In this document: one piece after another, positions 56,659-64,000 of the stretch | How positions within the stretch are numbered: the stretch's first letter is position 1 | How the letters are laid out: every line of letters begins with the position of its first letter | Assembly: GCA_036676395.1 (NCBI GenBank) | Contig: JAKFCY010000002.1 | Span: 1,696,001-1,760,000, forward strand | Source: Bdellovibrio sp. | Lineage (GTDB): Bacteria > Bdellovibrionota > Bdellovibrionia > Bdellovibrionales > Bdellovibrionaceae | Direction of reading: 5' to 3' | DNA: 64,000 bases | Notes under the pieces: model-generated | Seen by the model: the letters and a program-made list of their open reading frames with translations, nothing else | Database searches by the model: none | What the model was told of the DNA's origin: nothing | Translations under genes and position numbers: made by a program

Positions 56659-56739
56659 ACTAGAAATGTGAAGTTAGAATCTAGATATTTGTAAAAGCTT
56701 TGTCACGCCTTTTCATATTTTTTTTCATGGGACTTTTTA

Positions 56740-57519
56740 TTGACTAGTAAGCTGTATGCGCCAATGATGAATCATGTTGTGTCTAATGAACAAAATTTAA
56801 GAACATTCAACATATTCCACACCCTGAAAATTGCATTTCTGCCGATTTTTTTAGCGTTATTAGTATCCGGAACCCTAGATCAGTTCATAAACACTAAAAT
56901 TGAAGCAATTTTACGTTCGCCCCAAGGCTTATCCCAAACTATTTGGTTTTACGGTGCAGTCTCTATTTTTTCATCACTTCTGTTTCCGCTGATTATTACT
57001 TTTTTTGCAAGCTACGCCCTGGCTCGCTCGATTCAAGATGTCGACTATGCCGCGTTTATGCCGAAAAGCTTTGATGGCTTTTTTAAAGATAACTTTGAAT
57101 TATCGTTCTTAGAAACGATCCGCTCTTGGGGAAAAACCTTTTTATGGACGTTTTTATTTATCCTCCCCGGCATTATCAAATTCTTCTTATATATTCCGGT
57201 GCCGTTTGTGGTGTTTTTTTCGAAACGTTACCAGGCTGGCGAAGTCGATGCTTTAAAGCTGTCGCAAAAAATTGCCAAGAAGCATTGGTTTTGGCTTTTG
57301 ATCTACATGACGATGTTTACTTTCGTGTTACCGATGACTTTGTCTTTAGGCATGGACCAATACCGCGTATTTCGCGAGTACATTGTTTATGCTTCGCTAT
57401 TAACTGCAATTGATGCGGTGATCGTTATTGTTTTTCACTACTATATTTTAAAATTGATTCTAAAATTTATTAAAGACGACGATTTAAAAGGAGTTACTGC
57501 AAATGGCATTAATGTTTAA
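56740..57519 (+). CDS. Integral membrane hypothetical protein
   Basis: About five TM helices, FLFILPGII motif; true start may be 56764/56767. Confidence 0.72.
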   Translation: MTSKLYAPMMNHVVSNEQNLRTFNIFHTLKIAFLPIFLALLVSGTLDQFINTKIEAILRSPQGLSQTIWFYGAVSIFSSLLFPLIITFFASYALARSIQDVDYAAFMPKSFDGFFKDNFELSFLETIRSWGKTFLWTFLFILPGIIKFFLYIPVPFVVFFSKRYQAGEVDALKLSQKIAKKHWFWLLIYMTMFTFVLPMTLSLGMDQYRVFREYIVYASLLTAIDAVIVIVFHYYILKLILKFIKDDDLKGVTANGINV

Positions 57520-58552
57520 CTGGAAAGATATTAAAAATCGCGATCACGGCTTAACGTTTGATGACGTTTTAATTATGCCTAAAAAATCTGAAATGAAATC
57601 GCGCAAAGACCCGTCATTAAAATCTCGCATTACTAAAACTAAATTTTTAGAAACTCCTATTATTTCTGCCAATATGGATATGGTGACTGAAGCACGTATG
57701 GCGATTGCTATGCACCAGTTCGGTGGTTTAGGAATCCTTCATAGATTCATGGACACAGATAAACAAGTGGCGATGATTGAAGAAGTTAAAGCTTCAGGTG
57801 CGGGAATCATTTCTGCAAGTATCGGTGTGAACGCCGATTTTAAAGAACGCGCGCATGCAATCGTTAAAGCTGGTGTGAATTTAATGACGATCGATATCGC
57901 TCACGGCCATTCAGTTTCGATGATGGATACTTTAAAATGGTTAAAAGATACATTTCCTGGTTTAGAAGTTATCGCTGGTAATTTAGCTACGCCTGATGCT
58001 GCGATTGATTTAATCGAAGCAGGTGCTGACGCCATTAAAGTTGGTATCGGCCCGGGCTCAATGTGTACAACTCGTATTATTACTGGTTGCGGAGTTCCGC
58101 AATTAACAGCGATCGCATTATGTGCTGAAGCTGCTGAAAGTTACAATGTGCCGGTAATCGCTGATGGTGGTATCAGAACAAGTGGCGACATGGTTAAAGC
58201 TTTCGGTGCAGGCGCATCGGTGATCATGCTTGGTTCGATGTTATCTGGAACCATTGAAACTCCGGGAGACATCGTTAATGGTAAAAAACAATACCGCGGA
58301 ATGGCTTCGAAAAAAGCGCAAGTTTCTTGGCGCGGTGATATGCCAAAAGGCATGGCTCCAGAAGGTGAATCAACTTTTGTAACTGTTAAGGGTCACGTTG
58401 AAGATGTGTTACACGAACTGTGCGGCGGCATCCGTTCTGGTATGACTTACATGAATGCGCAGACAATATCAGAGATGCGTGATAAAACTCATTTTATGGA
58501 AATGTCTTCTAACGGAATTTCAGAATCACGCGCGCATGGAGTGAGAACTTAA
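57503..58552 (+). CDS. IMP dehydrogenase / GMP reductase family protein, CBS-less
   Basis: [46 protein letters not shown]. Confidence 0.9.
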   Translation: MALMFNWKDIKNRDHGLTFDDVLIMPKKSEMKSRKDPSLKSRITKTKFLETPIISANMDMVTEARMAIAMHQFGGLGILHRFMDTDKQVAMIEEVKASGAGIISASIGVNADFKERAHAIVKAGVNLMTIDIAHGHSVSMMDTLKWLKDTFPGLEVIAGNLATPDAAIDLIEAGADAIKVGIGPGSMCTTRIITGCGVPQLTAIALCAEAAESYNVPVIADGGIRTSGDMVKAFGAGASVIMLGSMLSGTIETPGDIVNGKKQYRGMASKKAQVSWRGDMPKGMAPEGESTFVTVKGHVEDVLHELCGGIRSGMTYMNAQTISEMRDKTHFMEMSSNGISESRAHGVRT

Positions 58553-58554
58553 GA

Positions 58555-59364
58555 ATGTCATTTGATCATCGCCCTATCGGAGTTTTTGATTCAGGAATCG
58601 GAGGACTAACAGTTCTTCGTGAACTCTTAAAAAACTTTCCGGAAGAAAATTTTATTTATCTTGGTGATACTGCACGTTTACCGTATGGCAGCAAGTCTGC
58701 AAATACGGTTCGCAAGTACACTGAACAAAATATGAATTTTCTAAAAAATCGCGATGTGAAAGCGATCGTTGTTGCGTGCAATACCGCTTCAACACAAGTT
58801 TTCGAAACAGAGTATGAAGGTTTACCCGTTTATAATGTGATTGATCCAGGTTCTGAATTAGCCGCTAAGATCACAGAAAATAATCGCGTGGCAGTTATCG
58901 CCACTCGCGCGACTATAAAGGCTGAAACTTACACAAAAAAAATTAAAAATCATAAACCAGAAATTGAAGTCTTCAGCACCGCGTGCCCTTTGTTCGTGCC
59001 TCTTGCTGAAGAAGGCTGGCATGATGACCCGATTACAAATCTAATTGCCTTTAGATATTTACAAGGTTTAAAAGCTCACGAAGTAGATACTGTGGTCTTA
59101 GGCTGCACTCATTACCCACTCTTAAAAATTGCGATTCAAAAAGTATTTGGCAATCACGTAAACCTTGTTGATTCAGGTGAAGCGATCGCTAAATTGTTAG
59201 CCGAAGATATGACTAAAAATCGTGTGGTTGCTAACAACCAAGCTGAAGATAAATTGTTAATTTGTCTGACTGATGCCGGAGCCCAATTTGAAAAACTGGC
59301 GCTTTCTTTAGTAGGTAATTTTACCGAACAAAAGATTGTTTTCGAAACAGTTTCTGTCATTTGA
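58555..59364 (+). CDS. murI: Glutamate racemase
   Basis: FDSGIGGLTV, PYGSKS, ACNTAS, LGCTHYP. Confidence 0.96.
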   Translation: MSFDHRPIGVFDSGIGGLTVLRELLKNFPEENFIYLGDTARLPYGSKSANTVRKYTEQNMNFLKNRDVKAIVVACNTASTQVFETEYEGLPVYNVIDPGSELAAKITENNRVAVIATRATIKAETYTKKIKNHKPEIEVFSTACPLFVPLAEEGWHDDPITNLIAFRYLQGLKAHEVDTVVLGCTHYPLLKIAIQKVFGNHVNLVDSGEAIAKLLAEDMTKNRVVANNQAEDKLLICLTDAGAQFEKLALSLVGNFTEQKIVFETVSVI

Positions 59365-59523
59365 CGAACCTTTTTACGCTCTAATCCCCCCTAATGCCAT
59401 TTAATATTGGCAAGCATTGGCTTGGTCTCTGCATAGTTATTCTTTTGCATGAAAACCATTAATGCCAAAATTTTGCTTCTACTACCCGCTTTACTTCTGG
59501 CGTTTTCGGCCTGTGCACCTAGC
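59338..59523 (+). repeat. Copy 1 of a diverged direct repeat (murI end, promoter, lipoprotein signal)
   Basis: gaaacagtttctgtcat 59344-59360, ggtctctgc 59424-59432 and gcctgtgcacctagc 59509-59523 all recur in copy 2. Confidence 0.8.
59418..59433 (+). promoter_or_regulatory. Sigma54-type promoter
   Basis: TGGCTTGGTCTCTGCA. Confidence 0.6.
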
Positions 59524-60099
59524 TCACGATCTAACAAAAATGACGTGGTTACCGCTGACCAAGCTATGCAAGTCGGCGATATTATCTTTCACAAAAGCCA
59601 GTCTCAGCAATCTAAAGCCATTCATGAAGCTGCAGAATCGGAGTGGACACACGTTGGAATCATCGTCTCTAAAAATGATGAATGGTACGTAGCTGAAGCT
59701 ATCGGCCCAGTGGTATCAACTAAGCTTCAAGATTTCATTAACCGCGGTAAAGATAAAGAGTACAAAATCTATCGCTTCAAGCATTTTAATCCAGAGACGA
59801 TGGAAGATAAGCTGATCAGAGCTATCAAAAAACAGAACAAAAAATATGACATATACTTCGAGTTTTCAGATGAGAAAACTTATTGTTCTGAGTTAGTTTA
59901 CAAAGTCATGCTTGCCGTGACTGGCCATGAGCTTGGTAAAGTTCAGCAGTTTAAAGACTTAAAACTGGATGGCCCTCATATGAAAGATTTAATTAAGCGC
60001 CGTTTGACTGATAAAGGCCGCGAATTAAACCCGGATGAAGAGATTATTACTCCAGTTTCGCAAATGATTGATTCCAATTTAGTTCTAATTAAAGACTAG
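59449..60099 (+). CDS. YiiX/YebB-like permuted NlpC/P60 amidase lipoprotein
   Basis: Lipobox FSAC; GDIIFH, THVGI, YDIYFEFSD, YCSELV. Confidence 0.88.
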   Translation: MKTINAKILLLLPALLLAFSACAPSSRSNKNDVVTADQAMQVGDIIFHKSQSQQSKAIHEAAESEWTHVGIIVSKNDEWYVAEAIGPVVSTKLQDFINRGKDKEYKIYRFKHFNPETMEDKLIRAIKKQNKKYDIYFEFSDEKTYCSELVYKVMLAVTGHELGKVQQFKDLKLDGPHMKDLIKRRLTDKGRELNPDEEIITPVSQMIDSNLVLIKD

Positions 60100-60303
60100 T
60101 TTTGAAACAGTTTCTGTCATCTGACGATCTTTTTTACACCCAAAAAGGTCTCTAATGTGTCAAATTGCAGCTAAGATATGGCGCGGTCTCTGCTTTAAAT
60201 CTTTGGTAACTCTAAGGAAGCAGTACGTATGAAACAGTCCATTTCTAAAATTCCAGTTATTTTACTAAGCCTAATTATGGCCTTATCAGCCTGTGCACCT
60301 AGC
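60099..60303 (+). repeat. Copy 2 of the diverged direct repeat
   Basis: gaaacagtttctgtcat 60104-60120, ggtctctgc 60185-60193, gcctgtgcacctagc 60289-60303. Confidence 0.8.
60179..60194 (+). promoter_or_regulatory. Sigma54-type promoter
   Basis: TGGCGCGGTCTCTGCT. Confidence 0.65.
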
Positions 60304-61911
60304 ACTCAGCGCGCAAGCAATACGGGTAAAAACCAAGAAGCCGGCGTCATCAACGGCGAAGATGAGCTTCCACCAGTTGTTGAACAAGATCTAGTTTCTA
60401 ACACTGATAACTTTCAAAAACTTTTAGAAGAACAGGGTAAAACGGCCGCTGATTACGAAGCCCCTACCCAATCGATTACCAATGGCGAAGACATCATGTA
60501 TGTCGGCTACACTAATTTAAAGAACATCAAATCAGTTTTTAACCGCAACAGTAAAGAGTTAGAAGTATCTGGTCTTGCAGAAATTATGAACGCGGATAAA
60601 AAAACAATCCGCGTAAGCCAAGCTTTTAAAATCAAAGGCAAATACAAAGCTAAAACTGGAACAATTAATTTACGCCCAGTCGACGAAGAAAAAAATGAAA
60701 ATGGCGTGCAAGTTCGCGCTGTTGTTACCTGTTTAAAAAGTGATTTAGATGATAAATATGACTGCGCTCGTGCCATCATTGATTTATTCATTAAACATCA
60801 AAATAACTACTACACTGAACAGTTAGAATCGACGGCTTTTGAAAAACCAAAAATGGTTGGCGGCAAAGACTCTAGCAAGCCCGCACCAGAAGTTAAAGTT
60901 GAAATCACAGAACCTGATATTGTAAATCCAGTGAAAGTGACACCTGATCAAGAACCAGCAAAACCAGTTATTGATACAAAAATTAAAGATGCACCAGCGG
61001 CTTCAGCAGCGGTTGTGGTTAAAGTGATCGATGAAACTAAAGAAGAAGCTGACGGCGAAGCTGTTGCTGAAGTTGAAGAAGGCGATGATGGCGCTATCCA
61101 AGGCCGTTACGAAGGTAAAGCAGCATTAGTAAAATTAGCTAAATTATTCTTAACTCCTAAGGCTGGCAAAGAAGATTCTGAGGATGAAGACGACGAAGAC
61201 CAAAGTGATGATAAAAAACAAGCGGTCACTCCAGAAGTAAAAAAAGACACTAAAGGTCGCCTGATGTTAACAAACCAAGCTATCGGAAGCCCTGATCAAG
61301 GCAGACTTCGCAATGCTTCGTTTTTAAAAACGCATTTAGATACTTACAACTTAGCAAATAAAATCGTGATCGCGAATTCTTCGACAAAGAATTATTATGG
61401 TACACAAGAAATGATGAATGTCTTAGAAGCTGTTGGCGATAAGGCTTATTCATTTCAACAAAATAAAATTCATATCAGCCGTATTTCTGCAAAACAAGGC
61501 GGACGTTTACCTCCATCAGTAAGCCATCAAAACGGAATGGATGTGGATATGGGATACCCTACGGTTCAGGGCCGAGTTGGCTTTCCGATCGTGGCCTCTG
61601 GCGGTTCGATGAAAAAATCTGATTTTTCGATCGCAAAAACTTTAGAGTTATTTAAATTTATCATGACTCAAACAGTTTCTCCGGTGGATCGTTTATTCGT
61701 AGACCAGTCGATCATTAATAGACTTTGTAAAGAAGCTAAAGAAACAGGTCGTTTTAAAGGATCTGAGCGCGCGGCGATGGTAAAATTATTTGAAAACTTA
61801 CAACACGTCGATGGCCACGGAAATCATTTTCACATGCGCCTACGTTGTACGCCGAACCAACCTGATTGCCGTCACAAAGTTTATAGAAAAATGAATAACT
61901 GCGCTGGGTAG
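60229..61911 (+). CDS. Lipoprotein with C-terminal MepA-like (M74/LAS) murein endopeptidase domain
   Basis: Lipobox LSAC; acidic/Pro linker; AIG...GRL.NA, YYGT, SHQNGMDVD, HGNHFHMRL.C. Confidence 0.85.
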   Translation: MKQSISKIPVILLSLIMALSACAPSTQRASNTGKNQEAGVINGEDELPPVVEQDLVSNTDNFQKLLEEQGKTAADYEAPTQSITNGEDIMYVGYTNLKNIKSVFNRNSKELEVSGLAEIMNADKKTIRVSQAFKIKGKYKAKTGTINLRPVDEEKNENGVQVRAVVTCLKSDLDDKYDCARAIIDLFIKHQNNYYTEQLESTAFEKPKMVGGKDSSKPAPEVKVEITEPDIVNPVKVTPDQEPAKPVIDTKIKDAPAASAAVVVKVIDETKEEADGEAVAEVEEGDDGAIQGRYEGKAALVKLAKLFLTPKAGKEDSEDEDDEDQSDDKKQAVTPEVKKDTKGRLMLTNQAIGSPDQGRLRNASFLKTHLDTYNLANKIVIANSSTKNYYGTQEMMNVLEAVGDKAYSFQQNKIHISRISAKQGGRLPPSVSHQNGMDVDMGYPTVQGRVGFPIVASGGSMKKSDFSIAKTLELFKFIMTQTVSPVDRLFVDQSIINRLCKEAKETGRFKGSERAAMVKLFENLQHVDGHGNHFHMRLRCTPNQPDCRHKVYRKMNNCAG

Positions 61912-61942
61912 TTTGGTTGCGCGGCCTACTGGCCGCCAGCGT

Positions 61943-63124
61943 TTAAATAAATATTTCGGCTGCGATATTTTTTAGATTATAATTGCTTGCCATACTGCGA
62001 ACGTAAGCACCGCAATCTGCCATCACTAATAAATCCATCTCTTTAGTTTCAAATAACTCGAAATTTTTGTGAAACACATCTGATGATTCACAAATCGGCC
62101 CGACTAAAGAGTAATTTAACTTCGCATCAGAATGTTTTTTTAAATTATAAAAATGGTGATGCGCCTGGTACAATGATGGGCGTAAATTATTATTCATCCC
62201 AAGATCAAGAACTAACATATTTTTATTTTTAATATACTGCACCTGACAGATAAACACCGCAGACCTTGCCACGATAAAACGGCCAAGTTCTGATAAAATA
62301 TCAGCGTTGAAATCTTTTAATGAATCTTCGTACGCTGATTTTAATAAATTCCAGCGGTCAAAATCCAGATCTAAATCATGTGATTTATAATCAATACCTA
62401 ATCCCCCGCCGACATCAAAACGATCTAAGCTTGGAAATTGTTTTTTTAATTCTAAAAAATAAACTTTCATCTTTTCGACAGATTCTTTAAACACCATTGG
62501 ATCAAGAATTTGCGAGCCGATATGAAAAGATAAACATTTAAATTCAACTAATGGATTTTTCTTAATCACATCTAAACATTCAGGCACATCATTTAAATCA
62601 ATGCCGAATTTAGAATCTTTAAGTGCCGTTGAAATATAAGGATGAGTTGGTGTGTCGATTAAGGGATTTACACGCAAGCCCACGCTGGTTTTTTTATTTT
62701 TTCGAGTTGCGATTTCACTGATACGGCGAAGTTCTGCCGCAGATTCTACGTTGATCTGATAAATTTGTTGATCAATCGCAAATTCAATCTCAGCAATGGT
62801 TTTACCAACGCCTGAAAAAATAAAATCTTTCGGGCTAAAACCACAGTCAAGGCCATGCTTAATTTCGCCAAGGCTAACCACATCAAGGCCGCAGCCCCCG
62901 TCTTTAAAGAGTTTTAATATTTCAGGGTTATAATTCGATTTCATCGCAAAATGCAGCTGTTTAAGCTTTGTCCAAGATTTAACCCAGGCAATACGTTCAC
63001 TGATCAGTGATTTTTGATACACCAAGACAGGCTCTTGGTAGTTAAAGACCACTGGCAAAGCGCTTAAATTGCTGCCTGCAAAGTGTAATTCGTTATTCTG
63101 ATAGTGAAATAGTTCGCGTGACAT
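61943..63124 (-). CDS. lysA: Diaminopimelate decarboxylase
   Basis: FAMKSN, DVVSLGE, FSGVGK, SKFGI, HIGSQ, DVGGG, RPSLY, GPICESSD, GAY..SMASNYN. Confidence 0.93.
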   Translation of the reverse strand: MSRELFHYQNNELHFAGSNLSALPVVFNYQEPVLVYQKSLISERIAWVKSWTKLKQLHFAMKSNYNPEILKLFKDGGCGLDVVSLGEIKHGLDCGFSPKDFIFSGVGKTIAEIEFAIDQQIYQINVESAAELRRISEIATRKNKKTSVGLRVNPLIDTPTHPYISTALKDSKFGIDLNDVPECLDVIKKNPLVEFKCLSFHIGSQILDPMVFKESVEKMKVYFLELKKQFPSLDRFDVGGGLGIDYKSHDLDLDFDRWNLLKSAYEDSLKDFNADILSELGRFIVARSAVFICQVQYIKNKNMLVLDLGMNNNLRPSLYQAHHHFYNLKKHSDAKLNYSLVGPICESSDVFHKNFELFETKEMDLLVMADCGAYVRSMASNYNLKNIAAEIFI

Positions 63125-63141
63125 TTCAGCTATCTTAGCTA

Positions 63142-63816
63142 ATGATCTTAAGAATGAAAATGATTAATTTAGGTTACACAAAATTAGGTCTTCCGCTTCA
63201 TGGATATCATTTTACTCCTGTAAAGGGCGTAGCCAAAAACCGCGCTCTTGTTATCGGCGGCATTCACGGTGATGAGCCAGAAGGCGTTGTCGCAACGCGC
63301 GGCTTACTAGATGCTTTTCTAAAAAACTACACTTTGGATTTAGAATTAGTGTTAGTTCCTGAAATGAACCCTGAAGGTGTGTTACTTAAAACTCGTGGTA
63401 ATTCAAATAAAGTAGATCTTAATCGCAATATGGCGACAAAAGATTGGTCTCCGGTTGCGGCCAGCGAACGCTATCACCCAGGTCCTGCTCCGATGAGCGA
63501 ACTTGAAAACCAACTGTTAGCTAAATTTATCGAAGACTTCAAACCTACAGTTATTTTTTCGCTGCACTCATGGAAGCCGATGTTAAACACCAACGGTGTT
63601 TTACCTGAAGCTGACGCTATCGCCAAAATCACAGGATACGAAATTCACCCCGATATCGGCTACCCGACCCCCGGATCACTTGGCACCTGGGCAGGCTTTG
63701 AAAGAAACATTCCTACATTAACTTACGAAGTCGAACGCGATATTTCATTTAAACCAATTATTGATATTCATGTGCCAGCGATCATCGAAGGCCTAAAAGT
63801 CACAGCCCAAAGGTAA
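63142..63816 (+). CDS. mpaA: Murein peptide amidase A-like M14 peptidase
   Basis: IHGDE, NPEG, TRGN..VDLNRN, SLHS, IGYPTPGSLGTW, TYE; start may be 63154. Confidence 0.82.
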   Translation: MILRMKMINLGYTKLGLPLHGYHFTPVKGVAKNRALVIGGIHGDEPEGVVATRGLLDAFLKNYTLDLELVLVPEMNPEGVLLKTRGNSNKVDLNRNMATKDWSPVAASERYHPGPAPMSELENQLLAKFIEDFKPTVIFSLHSWKPMLNTNGVLPEADAIAKITGYEIHPDIGYPTPGSLGTWAGFERNIPTLTYEVERDISFKPIIDIHVPAIIEGLKVTAQR

Positions 63817-63847
63817 ACAAGTCGTGTCGAAGACACGCGGAGAAACA

Positions 63848-64000
63848 ATGAAACAAGACATTCTTAAATTACACCAAACATTAGCCGACAATAAAGACTA
63901 CCAAATCTCAGCTTTCGATAAAGAATTAATCTTGAACGCGATGAATGATTTAGACACTGGTAAAATCCGCGTTTCAGAAAAAATAGATGGCCAATGGATC
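63848..64000 (+). CDS. dapD: Tetrahydrodipicolinate N-succinyltransferase, 5' fragment
   Basis: Manual translation MKQDILKL...LDTGKIRVSEKIDGQWI matches the DapD N-terminal LD.G..RV.EK..G.W pattern; DAP-pathway context. Confidence 0.75.
   Translation, partial: MKQDILKLHQTLADNKDYQISAFDKELILNAMNDLDTGKIRVSEKIDGQWI

Overview
AT-rich, gene-dense bacterial chromosome segment. The gene content (divergent exported hypotheticals, a subtilase, a GGEEF cyclase, a MepA-type lipoprotein, a short S1-domain paralogue) suggests a Bdellovibrionota predator; this taxonomy is inference. About 60 CDS and one tRNA-Leu(TAA) at 56567-56658 (-). No rRNA, CRISPR array, integrase, transposase or phage gene was recognised. 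Layout: 1-20 kb housekeeping and catabolic genes (kynA plus a kynureninase-like gene, AidB-like dehydrogenase, rhomboid) mixed with exported proteins; 21-27 kb an iron-uptake locus (desaturase-like membrane protein, FutA/FbpA, TonB, imelysin, TonB receptor) with no permease; 27-56.5 kb a patchwork accessory region ending at the tRNA 3' end; 57-64 kb IMPDH/GMPR, murI, YiiX, MepA-like, lysA, mpaA and dapD. Best leads: (1) an exported FAM20/Four-jointed-like atypical kinase under a sigma54-type promoter; (2) a 7-kb stress module that mirrors Mycobacterium DosR-regulon families but carries four sigma54-type promoters; (3) a duplicated cassette (murI 3' end + sigma54 promoter + lipoprotein signal) fused to two unrelated hydrolases; (4) a candidate peptidoglycan stem-peptide-to-lysine salvage cluster; (5) a Met/Cys-rich exported peptide opposite copA; (6) a window-wide set of sigma54 motifs and apparently leaderless genes. 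All family calls are from motif reading by eye; no searches were run.
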